A stretch of 57,439 nucleotides of DNA, filler included, from Dugesia japonica (Eukaryota): the NCBI GenBank assembly GCA_001938525.1. It is 5 parts of 5 records of this genome, joined end to end, with 100 filler letters (N's around TTAATTAATTAA, not from the genome) between each part and the next. Parts side by side here need not be neighbours in the genome. Positions count along the whole stretch, not along the records: positions 36,250 to 48,563 come from MQRL01607701.1; positions 48,664 to 57,439 come from MQRL01375581.1; 3 more parts are not named here. One strand, given 5' to 3'. This document shows positions 39,201 through 50,869 of this stretch, one piece after another. Below the pieces are notes generated by a model. That model searched no databases, was not told where the DNA came from, and was given only the letters and a program-made list of their open reading frames with translations. How positions within the stretch are numbered: position 1 is the first letter of the stretch; every line of letters starts with the position of its first letter. The position numbers and the translations under genes were made by a program.

Positions 39201-40800
39201 GTTCATATTTGGGAAAAGAATTTCATGACTTTGAATAATATAGCTGAAAAAAATTTATATAAACTTTAAAAAATAACTGATATTACTAAAAAACTTAAGA
39301 GAGGTGCAAATTTAAAAAATAGATTATGAATATTTATTAGACTTTATTAAACTCATTAGATATACTAAATACGTATACTAGTATTGACTTCCTTTGCAGA
39401 AATATTAACTCATGTATTATCCTATCTATATTCTTTAATTCACTATATCAGGCTAATTAACTAATTCATCTCGATATTCATGTATACCAACAAAATCATA
39501 TAAATTTCTACATTTTCTATACTGGTGACTTACATATCACCTTTATAATTATAAACGAAAGAAAATAAATAAATCGTTACTCATTAAGCTATTACTAAAA
39601 TTTTATTTTTGCGCAAAATTATCATACTAATGCCGAATCATGTTGACTTTCTCTATACAATCTTAACGTGGTGAGCAATTGGTTCTCCAGTCGATTTTTG
39701 TACTCACCCTGATCAATCTCACAATTGATCATGACTTGAACTTCATCAAGATAAATGTGAGGCTCAATGTCCAATTTCTATTTGCTTTTCTACAATATCA
39801 GTTATTTATAAACGTGTCGTTTTTTATAAAATTGCACTGAAAATTATACTTTTTGTAATATAATGGTCTCATTAAATAAACGATAAATGTCATATAGACA
39901 TACTAAAGCAAATTATTTACTAAAAAATAAAACTAGTTTAATTGGTAAAGAGGAGCGTTAAAGATGTTATTGAATCAATATTTGTTGTATAGAGTGATGA
40001 TAAAGTTTCGACATATTACATATGTGTCGAAAGGAAACTGTAAGCAGTATTTATTTGCTTAAGAGTTTTACAAAATTTCTATTTTTTCTCTTGTTGTAAA
40101 TGATGCGCAATAATAATGCTGTGTACTTAATTAGTTAACCGGGAATGTGTAAATAAAAAAATGACATTTTTTGCGACTTGTGAGTTGAAATCCTAACGAA
40201 TTTGACTAAATATTGAAAAGTAATTAATTGAATACTGAAATTAAAAAAATAAAATGAGTTTATTAAATAATTATTGAAACGTAAAAAAATTTTGAAATAA
40301 GTTTAATAAAGAATAAAAATTATTAGATCGAAACATAACTAATTAAATGTTGAAACCTAAACGAATTTGATTCAATATCGTGCTATAGTTATTTAAATGC
40401 AAATTTAAAAGTTTATATTATAATATAATTGTTTGAATCTTCTAACAGAGATTCGTTGCTTTCTAATGATTTCTTCATTTAATAAAAAATAATAATAAAA
40501 CGAGAATAATACTCAAAGCTGAAAAATTAATAAAATGTATTTTTAAAAAAATTTACAAATACATTTACACTAAGATGAAAAATTAAAATTAGTTGTTATA
40601 AATGAATGTATCAATTTACAATTAAAAAAAAGTTATCAATAATTACTGACAATATAAAATGCCTTACAATTTTCAAATTCCTTAAAATTCTGATTATTCA
40701 AACAACTTTTTAAAAATTAATTTACATAAAAATAACAAACCATTTAAATTAAAAATTTCATATACATTATCTCTAACAATACTTATAAAATAAGATCAAC

Positions 40801-41650
40801 AGTAGGTGGATAGGTGGTTTCTGGGCCAGGATGTTTACATTATCTCAGATGTGAATTTTCACACCTTTAAAATAAANNATAACCTTAAGTGTAAAATTTC
40901 ACACTTCAGTTGACCTCAAATTAATTTATTGTTTTAATTAACATGAAAAAATTTCACACATTATTTTTATTAGAAATTGAGCATTACTATACAAAATACA
41001 TAATTATTATTATTATTAATAATAATATTAATATCATTGTTAGAAGTCTGTTTCATAACCATAATATTTATTAATATGACAATCTAAAAAGGAGGAATAA
41101 ATATATATGTAATTATGATTTGAGCAATCAACAGACCTGTTATGCAACATACAAAATATTTGAACTCATTGTCAAATATTTATTATGCAACATACAGTTT
41201 TAATAATTATTTATAATAAATATAAAATATCCTCACAATCACTATTTACATGTTTTTTATAATTGTGAATTTTCACACTTCTGGCGCTAATTTTCACATC
41301 TAAATGCAAACAGTGGTTTTTTATTGGCGTGTAAATTTTCACATTATTTTATTACTATTAAAAAGTTTTTTATGATTGTGAATTTTCATACAGTTTGCAT
41401 AAACTTCTTTAATGTAAACAACGAAAAATTATTCTATTATTTTTAATTGACGTGGGAATATTAAGAATCATCATCATTGTTATTTAAATATACTTTTTTT
41501 AAGATGTGAACTTTCACATATTATTTATTATAAACTATGAATTCTCACACGTTTGGTGTGAACTTTCACCTCTAACTTGAAATTTTTTCATGTAAAAAAT
41601 GATTAAGCCTCAAAAATTTTTTTGCAAAATTTCAAACATTATTATAACTA
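40801..41650. repeat. Probable Polinton/Maverick terminal inverted repeat with ~10 copies of the quasi-palindrome TGTGAAyTTTCACA
   Basis: Begins AGTAGGTGGATAGG. Motif copies at 40850, 40890, 41264, 41330, 41377, 41505, 41536, 41557 and others. Lies just downstream of the pPolB 3' end. Confidence 0.65.
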
Positions 41651-42084
41651 TTATTATTATTTTTATTATTAATATTATTATGGTATTATTATGTTATTAT
41701 TATTTAAAGTTTTATCAGAAGAAATATTATTTATTATTATCAATAATATAATTATTATTACCATCACTTCTAAATGTTTTATTTAAAACAATTATAATTT
41801 AATATAGATTCTAATATATTATTTTTTAAAAAAATTTATTTTATTCATTATTTTTTTTAGTTATTAAGAAACTTTCATTTAATCAAACATAATATATTTC
41901 TCAAAATATATCAAAATCAATAAAAAAAGACAACAAATTGAATGAAAATATTTTTTTTTCAATAAACAATATCAACAGCAAAAATGTCAAATTTTCTTTC
42001 TTTTCTTTCTGGATTGGATTTAGAACTCAGCAGTTCATATAAAATATAATGATTATTTACATTTTATTAATTAATTATTAATTT

Positions 42085-44695
42085 TATAATGACCAATAAG
42101 CCTTATTCTTATTTTTCTCGCTCCAAAAACGTTTGTCATCCAGACATGATAACGAATGTTTATTACTTTCCACCATAAATAATAGATGATTGATTGACCT
42201 GAATCTGCTTTTCAAGACTTTCATTTCTGCTCTAGTTTCTTCATTATTTTAAGAATCCAAATAAATTTGATGTTAAATATAAGTTTGCTTTAAACTGATC
42301 CCTTTCGCTTTCATTCATGTATCACCATCTTCTTTCTTTTAACTATAACACTTTGGGCGTAAGAACATCCACTCTTTATAATGTTCTTGTATCTTCGAAT
42401 AACCCGATATTGTTGGATACTTCGCTGGACTAGAGTGAATGATACTTTCGATAAATACTCGTATTCAATAGACTATTTTATTTCATCTCTGATAAAAGCT
42501 GATTTTTATTCACCCCAGAGCATGCAAGAAAAAAGCTATCTGTATCACCAGAAATAATATCAATTTTGAACGATTTAAACATTATTGTCTTGGTCCATCA
42601 GCAATGTCAACCGTCTTCTTGAATGTAACTTTGCTCGTATAAGTTACAAAGTTATTGTTTTGCACAGTCGGAGATTCATTCGTTTCTTCAGATTCTCCAC
42701 GGTCTTTCCATAGAGCGTATTGTTTAATAATTTATAAAAATCTTTTTCAAACTTTGTATGCCATTCTGCTCTTGCGGAATTCGCGTTGATATAATTGGCG
42801 AATATTCAGATACTGTTATCTCTGGCCATTTCGAACGTAGATATGTTTGATTAAGCAGCATCTCATAAGATGTTGCGAATTTGTAAGGGAATATGCCTTT
42901 ACTCTACTGTCCATGTTGCGGAAATTCTGATGCTGTCAATGAACATTTCTTAAGTCTTGCAGTCAATGATGCTAATGAATTGCCTAGAAATTGATATGAA
43001 TCAATAAATCAAACTGTAATATTTCCACCAACATGTGCAAACATTGCAAGGAATTTTTCTGTTGTCTGTGCAATGGGCTTGACACCCCAATGCTTGAACT
43101 GATTTAGCACATACTTGATAATGTGATGCGAATCATAACCTTTAAAGTTATGAAACACTACAGGCAATTCCATTCTGATCTTGCGCCATAAGTTACACTG
43201 CTTGTACACAGCTCCAAGATACTTGCTGGAGAAATGATTGTGATCCCGAAATAGTTTCTTCCCTTTAACAGATATAACAATGTGTACTATTCATAAATGC
43301 CTCGTGTTCTGATGTTGACAAATTAATTTCCATTCTCATATTCATCTTGTACCAGGGTGCCATAACATTTTTCGCCAACTGATCAATGCATTGGAGAAGC
43401 TCAACGATACAATTTTCTCCAGAAAAAGAATATTTGCATTTTTTCATAGAATCCAATAAGGGAATTAACAAAAGCCCTACGTTTTTGTAATTGGTTTCAC
43501 TCTACCATAATTTTCTGGTATCAGGATCGCTTCAATATCTGCGTAAATTACAAAAGCCGGTGTTATTGTTTTCCAAAATCATTGAACCGTAGTTCCTTTT
43601 ATTCTGGCATTGTATACAAGGTTGTTTTTTTCTGTGATTATGGAGCATAAAGCCACGTGTAGATCAAATGTAGATTGTTTTGAATTTGTGAAGACATTTA
43701 GGGCACCATTTCCTTTCTATTCGATATTTCAAGTCCGATCCTGTAAATTTAACAAACGGTTTAAATTTATTACAGCCGTATAATGAAAGTTTTATTCATT
43801 TTCCAAAATAAGTAAATTCACAGTGCATCCATTCGGGTTTTTTGAGCTGAAAATCACATCCACGTGGGGATTATTGCACCAAAACCTCATCATTTTCTTC
43901 ATCGACCAAATCTTTATATTTAAATACTGTGATTGTCAAGTTGTTTTTTCTTTCAAACTCTAGAATATTAATGAGCTTCATTGGCATCGTCTGCTCATCG
44001 TAAATCAACTCATTTAGGAAGCATTCGTATTTTCGTAGACGCCGACGATGATCCCTAACAACATTATACATTAAAACCGCCAATATGCTGTATAAAATAC
44101 ATATATTATCTGTGTTGTGCACTTTCATTTTGTTTCTTTGTCGATCTAATGATTTTGGGTTTTATGATATATGACCGTCCATATAAATAAATTTCTGGAG
44201 AAAATTTCACCTAAATAAATCGCAGCTTAAGTATTCTTGTGGTCTTCCATCCACTGCGTAATTCGGAAAACGTATTAATTTATTCTTTTGCTTTCTCTGT
44301 TATTTTCTGTAAAAGCTNTTCTTAATATTCCATGGCTCCTTAATCTCCTTCTCTTGATCATACTCCTCTCCATTTTAGAATTCAGCATGGATTCTAAATT
44401 GAATTTTACAGTTTTGGAATTTATCAACTTCTTTCTCCAACTTCTTTTTGATACTTGCAAGAACGTGAACGCTTTTCATTCCCCACTCTTTCACCTTAAA
44501 CTGAAGACTGACGTAGCCTCCATTGAAATCAGATTTTCTAATATAATCATCCGTAATTGCTGTTATTCTTTTCGCGTTTTCATCTGAAATTGGAATTTTT
44601 CGTTTTCTTGTGTCCATATTTTGCTTAGCAGAATGCTGTTCATCACCAAATTGTTTATGGCAAATATGATGATGATGACGGTAATGATAAAGCAA
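42085..44695 (-). pseudogene. Polinton/Maverick protein-primed DNA polymerase B, decayed and internally deleted
   Basis: SGWK..SYI..NTDNICILYSILA N-terminal block; FVIYADIEAIL (Exo I); HCYIC..DHNH..CNL; VVFHNFKGYD (Exo II); FIDSYQF; KGIFPY (42883-42900); KLLNN..YGKT; GDTDS (~42536-42549); KAKGI; DDKR. The segment between KGIFPY and KLLNN is largely missing. Confidence 0.92.
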
Positions 44696-45499
44696 GTAAC
44701 CCTTCTATACTAAAGTCACTCTTTACTAACTTCCTTATTTCCTATAATACTGTACATTGAATAAGGCAGATTAGTATGTTTAATAGATGAACTATTAAAC
44801 ACTACTGAATGCTGCCGATAATTATTAATATGATCACTATATTTTGTAGTTTTGTTTTGATTTTTAGATACCTGTAATCAAAAGAAATTTTAGAATTTGT
44901 ATTGAAAAAAAACTCAAAATTAATTATTAAAGTAAGATGGATATATAAATGAATGGGAAATAATCACTAATATGGTAAGTATTTTTTAAAAACGATGACA
45001 TTATTTTTAACAATTATTGTTTCTTTTAATATATATTATTACCACTAATATTACTGTATTATTACTACTAAAAGATTTATTTATGAAATAAAGCTTCTTA
45101 TTTTTTCTTTAGAAGATCAATTCTGCTTGGAATTGGGCATGTTTCTGATTTGATTTTTTTTCAAAATGATTCAAATTTTATAACTTCTCAATTTAACGCA
45201 TTCATTCTTCAACTCTTTGATCTGTGATTATGGAAGTGGTTTTTTTCAATATCAGTAATTCATTAAAGTATCAATCTGATTGATCAAATTTGTAGAAACT
45301 ACATCATTATAACCAATCAGACGAGAATCAACATTATTCTTTTCACACATTGCATGCATTTGAATTAAGATATAAACAAATAAAAATTTTTTTGTAAAGA
45401 GAATACTTTTTATTTTTTTATTATAATTTTCAATGNGAAAATTTGAAAATAAAAGAAAATTCAAATTATGTATAAAAAATATACAATAGTATTTTAAAA

Positions 45500-47185
45500 A
45501 TTCAGGTATGTTTCTGATACATAAAATTGCCAAATACGTGCAGAATTCTGTTTGATTAGAGATCGCACATTTTATTAAACATTTATTTATTGAACTCTTT
45601 TGTACACCAATTTTCTGAATGACTTGGTAAGTCTCAGACGGAATAGTTCCAAAAGATCCTATATACAGGTGTAAAATTCTACATAGTAACAAGGTTTTGT
45701 TAATTGTATCTTGTTTTTAAAATTATCATATTTCATTTTATTCTCTTGATCTATTTTTAAAAAGTCTTCTATTGAGTTAATATGGCATTTTACATCCACC
45801 AAAAATACTCTTTATTTTCGGATCAGTAATCATAATATCAACGCGTTCTAATGAATCTGGAACCAACGAACATGTACGATAAGTTACAATTAGTAAATCA
45901 GGGGATTTTAAATATTGAACAATTATTTCAATGCATTCATTATGACACCATGTTCCTAGTGATTCTGTGTATAAAATTTATTTTCTGGAGTAACTGTTTA
46001 CAGTAACCGTCCCATTGAGTATATTAATATGCTCTATTGTCCCAGTCATTTCAACTGCAAATGTAATGGTGATGTCATGAACTTGTTTAAAGTATTCAAT
46101 TGCTATTCACAGACTCATAAATCGTGTTTTTGCCCCCTTTGCAATTTTTAATACTTAAACCTTGAGATAAAGTCGGTACCTTTATCCCTAATCTTGATGA
46201 AGCAGCAATTATAAGAGATTAATTGTTTTAGTATAGTCACAATTATAAGTAAATAATCTAAAGAATTGTGCAATACTTTGAAAATGGTAATCATCAGGAA
46301 GATCAATACACCCAGCTCCACCAATTTCTTTTGCTGTATAAAAATAAGCAATTTCAGAATGATCAGGTAGATTCATCATTTTTTGAAATTGTATTCGAAG
46401 TTTACTAGTAGAATTAAAACTACATTTACTTTTACCGAAACGAATGGATAATGCACTCGCTTTGATTTCACGAGTTCTAAAAGGAAAAACAATACGAGAA
46501 TGTAAAAACGGTTTGTAAGCTTTCAATTTTCGCCAACCAAACAATGCACAATTTACCAGTTTTTCGGCATCAGTTATAAATTTTTGAATAGTATCATATG
46601 ATGTTTGATCATTGCGATCTTCAATAGGAACACCAAAATTTTGATAAAATTCATTACTAAGTAGTTTTTTAATTTTTATATCATTAATAATTTATAACAC
46701 TAAGAATGTTAATATTTGGATATTAAATGTAAGCACATTTCTCATGACGAAATTCCATATCATTAACCTTAAGGACTTCAGTGACTTTATTTACAAGAAT
46801 TTGAAGATCATCAATATTTCTAGCAATTAGTGATGTCATTAGCATACGCAAGTATCTGAATAGAAGAAGTATTTATCATGAATGGTGATATTTGACATGT
46901 TTTAGTAGTTTCAAAAACAGGATTCATAGCAATCGAATAGAGAATCATAGATAGTGGACATCCTTGTTTAACACCTTTTTTAATTGTAATGTTGCTTGTA
47001 AGAATAGGATCACAACTATAGAAAGTTTTTGTATCAGAGTAACATTTTTAAAGAATATTAACAAAATTATGACTCACTCCAATAATACGAAGAATAAACC
47101 ACAAGTATTCATGTGGTACACTACCAAAAGCCTCTTTTATGTCTAACCATGCAATAGTAACAGGACAATTTTTCTTATTTCTATT
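45500..47185 (-). mobile_element. RLE-type non-LTR retrotransposon, copy 2 (5'-truncated, internally deleted)
   Basis: Homologous to 7330-8500 (AFGSV, GVKQGCPLS, GGAG). Retains endonuclease motifs RVDIMITD..VDVKC..KMKY..IGSFG. Confidence 0.9.
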
Positions 47186-48029
47186 TTAGAATATCAAACA
47201 AATCATAATAGAAACTTAATTTGCAATAATTAAACAAATAAGAAAATTATAACGTATTAACTTTTCACTCTTTAACATCACTTTCAAACATTAAAATGAT
47301 CATGTTTCATTTTATCTTCAGTTGCTCTTGTTATTCCTTTAATTTTTAAATTTTTTAATATTTGTTTTGCTTGCGTTTTTTTGTTCTGTGGTTTTTTAAA
47401 GGAAACATTTATATTAAAATTGTAGCAATAATAACATATTTTACGTAATTTCAATAAAATAATTAATAATACTATTTACAATAATAGTAATAATAACTAT
47501 TATACATTTTATTAAAATTTATGAAAAAATTTTAAGCTAATGTATTCCAAAACTAAATAATTAAATTTTTTAATACTGAATAATAATGATAATAATAACA
47601 GCAAATAATTAATAATTTTATACAATGCCATCTAATTATACAAATAGACATTAATATATAAATATAAAAACTAAATAATTCCTAAAAATGAATGTATTTA
47701 AAACTTCTCATTGATTGCTTTTTAGATTTAACACTTTCCATGTAAAAAATATTGTCAATAAATATATATTATTATAGAATAATATTAACATCGTTATTAT
47801 TATTGTATTAATATTTATATGAGAGCTTTTAGATTACAGTATTAAAAATAGATATTAATATTAAAATAAACTCTTTTAATAATTTTTAATTATAATAAAA
47901 TTATAATTTAATAAATAGAAGGTTTTTAATTAAAAAATATTAATAAAAAAATAATTTTATTTATTAAAATAATTGTGTTAAAAATTTTATTAATTATATT
48001 AATAATAAATTCTAACTTTATCATTGGCA

Positions 48030-48340
48030 TTAAATCCATTGTACGCTCAATTCATTTTCCTGTAATAAATAATTTTTAAAAAAATAAATTTAATAAAAGT
48101 AATAACGTTCTTCATTGATAAATCTTCTAATAAATTGTTGGAATTCTGTATCCTTTCAATTAATTTTTCTACAAATAAATAATTTAAAAAAAATAAAAAT
48201 AAAATTTTTAAAAATACTTTTTCCAATTTCATTAATAAATCCCACTGGTAACTTTTGAAATTCTGCTTCATCAGTTGATTTAATTTGACTGTAAATAATT
48301 TTAAAAATAATACATTAGAAAAATCAAATGACCTTTTTCC
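48030..48340 (-). CDS. Spliced coding fragment of unknown function with three mini-introns (possibly a pseudogene)
   Basis: GT-AG introns 48289-48332 (44 nt), 48169-48217 (49 nt) and 48060-48106 (47 nt) join into ..HGK/SQIKSTDEAEFQKLPVGFINEIGK/KKLIERIQNSNNLLEDLSMKN/ENELSVQWI*. No in-frame start found. Confidence 0.45.
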
Positions 48341-48496
48341 ATGTTGATTTAATTGTTTTTAGAATTTTATTTACAAAAAAGGACGAAATTTATGATTAAA
48401 TTACTATAAATTATCAATAAAGTTTGAACTTAATCAATAATTTTCTAATTCATAATAATAATCAATATAATCATGGCATCATAATATGGTGATTAC

Positions 48497-48563
<67 letters not shown>
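48497..48563. repeat. (AAT)n microsatellite
   Basis: Direct reading; at scaffold end. Confidence 0.97.
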
Positions 48564-48663
48564 NNNNNNNNNNNNNNNNNNNNNNNNNNNNNNNNNNNNN
48601 NNNNNNNTTAATTAATTAANNNNNNNNNNNNNNNNNNNNNNNNNNNNNNNNNNNNNNNNNNNN
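48564..48663. other. Artificial scaffold-joining spacer
   Basis: 44 N + TTAATTAATTAA + 44 N. Confidence 0.97.
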
Positions 48664-48842
48664 ATAAATTAAATTTCTTTAAAAAATATCAAATAAAACC
48701 AAATTTGGTTTTCATTATTTTATATTCTAATAAATTTTTTGGATTTAATTAATTGTTCAGATTTTAATAATCAAGGAATGACGAAAGTTTCTCAAAAAAT
48801 GTGACAACTAAATTAATACTTCTTTTTGAACATATTTTAAAG

Positions 48843-49457
48843 CAGTGTTGGGCAACGTTTTTGTCAATTGGCCAAATGAAATAACCCTAAACATCACATG
48901 GTTTGTATTACANAATACTACATAATAGTTGCATATAAATATTTTGTATTTTTCCAAATCTTTTGAAAAAAATACCGTTTTAAATTATATTCCTTAAAAA
49001 CAGAAATATTTTAATGACATATCAAACAAACCGCTTTATTCTCTATATTTGTAAATAAATATTTCTTTGTCCAGTTATCATTATGACTGTGGCATTCGAT
49101 ATTAAATTTTCTTTTATTAATTGGCTCATTTTATGAACTGAAAATTATAACAATGTTATGTTAATAATACATTTGAAGTGATTGCCACAATAACTTATTA
49201 TTCAAACAAGTGAAAAATGTAATATTTAATTTGGAAATTTGTAAAAAGTTAAATCAGTTAATTGGGCCAATATTATTGACTATAGCTGTGTATCTATAAA
49301 ATTATAATAATTTTAATTAGATTTAGAAAATTTTAATTTTATAGAGATTTCTAGAAAATTTTATATAAAATTATAATCTATTATACAATAAAAAAATTTC
49401 AGTTCACGCCGCGGGTCGCATTGCACATCTTGACGGGCCAGCAGTTGCCCACCTCTG
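48843..49457. mobile_element. 615-bp non-autonomous hAT element (Charlie/Buster-type MITE)
   Basis: Imperfect TIRs CAGTGTTGGGCAAC / GTTGCCCACCTCTG; 8-bp TSD TTTTAAAG (48835-48842) / CTTTAAAG (49458-49465). Confidence 0.88.
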
Positions 49458-49799
49458 CTTTAAAGTAAATGATAATGAAACAGACGATATATNNNNNNNN
49501 NNNNNNNAAGATAATGATGCCTTAAATTAAAAATATGCAAATAAAGTATGTACTAATTTAGATATTAAAATATCAATTCATTTGTTAATGTTTGAAAATT
49601 TTAAACTTAAGAATGAAACTACGATTAATAATAAGATAAAAATACTTTAAAATAACTTAAACATAAATAAGTAAAATGTAAATAAAGCTAATAAAAGATA
49701 TTTATGAAAGATATTAAAGAACCTATCATATAATCTAACAATTTAGAATAAAAAATAAATGAAGCTTTCTAGAATTGTTTCAGGAACGGTATAATATGA

Positions 49800-50869
49800 A
49801 AATGCAAAAAAAGAACAGTAGTGTTTTTCGAAGATTCCATTCAAATTAGCAGTATGAATATTCCAGAAAATTATGGTAAAAAANNNNNNNNNNNNNATAC
49901 TAAGAATAATGGTAAATATGTATAATATATTGATTTCTTCAGAGACTAAAGAGGAGCATTACGGTGTAATAAAAAATATAATGAACAAGAGTTGGAAAAG
50001 AAATATGGAGAATTAATCTAGAGAAGTGCACTTCTATGAAAATAAAGTTCCTGGTTCATAATTAATAAACAGAGAATAAAAAAAGACCCAATCAAAGTCG
50101 AGGCCATTAAATTTGTTAGCAAGCCAAAATGCGTTAAGAAGTTACTTATTTTTTTAGACATATGTAACTATTATATGAAATTTATTAAAGATCATGCGAA
50201 GAAAGCTAAAAAATTAGAAGAGCTATGTAGTGGGGTGGGAAATACAAAGTTAGTGCGATCCATAGAATTGTCAGAAGTTTTTGAAGGATTCAAGACAGCA
50301 TTTACCTCGAGACCAGTGTTGGGATTTCAAGATGTGCGGAAAGAATTCATCTTGNACATAGACGNGGGTTTTGACACAATCGGTGCAGTCTTATTACAAA
50401 AAATACGAATGGGGTGGAGAAAGATTAACTGAAAATGGGTAAGATGCAATGCGTTGACATGAAATGGGGTATTGTATAACAAGAAAAGAGTTTCTAGTGG
50501 ACAACATATATGCTAGATACGCAGGAGACTACTTAAGAGAAAAAACAAGAAAGAAAGACCACCTACACGTGGTCTCAAAAGGTAAAAGCATATACGACGG
50601 GAATTAAAGAAAACACGTGTTGGTCATAAAATTTCTAACTTTCCGAAGTAATATTACTGGAAATTTTTGAACCGCTGGAAGAAATAAAAAGGAAAAAGAT
50701 GAATATGGGATGATTGATCAGGGCATCAAGTATGTGAGACTTATAGCGTCAAGCAGACAGGACGAGACGACAATAAGGGGCAACATCTGGAATTATGTGG
50801 AAGCAGGACAAGATATACAGAAAATAACTTGAAATGTGGAGAAACTGAAAACATTCTTAAATAGGAGGG
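49800..50869 (+). mobile_element. Heavily deleted Gypsy pol remnant ending in a polypurine tract
   Basis: KPKCVKKL, CNYY.KFIKD, RPVLGF..FIL.ID.GFDTIGAVL, GYCITRKE, RQDETTIR, NVEKLKTF, then AAATAGGAGGG followed by TG (50870, probable 3' LTR start). Confidence 0.85.

Noticed and set aside
39640-39790. PHIYLDEVQ resembling an IS630/Tc1 helix-turn-helix segment (minus strand)
   Set aside because: Too short and isolated to call.
1237-44587. Antisense ORFs in the track (e.g. 1237-1458, 1946-2209, 8284-8520, 29844-30029, 32891-33199, 44288-44587)
   Set aside because: Shadows on the opposite strand of recognised TE coding sequence.
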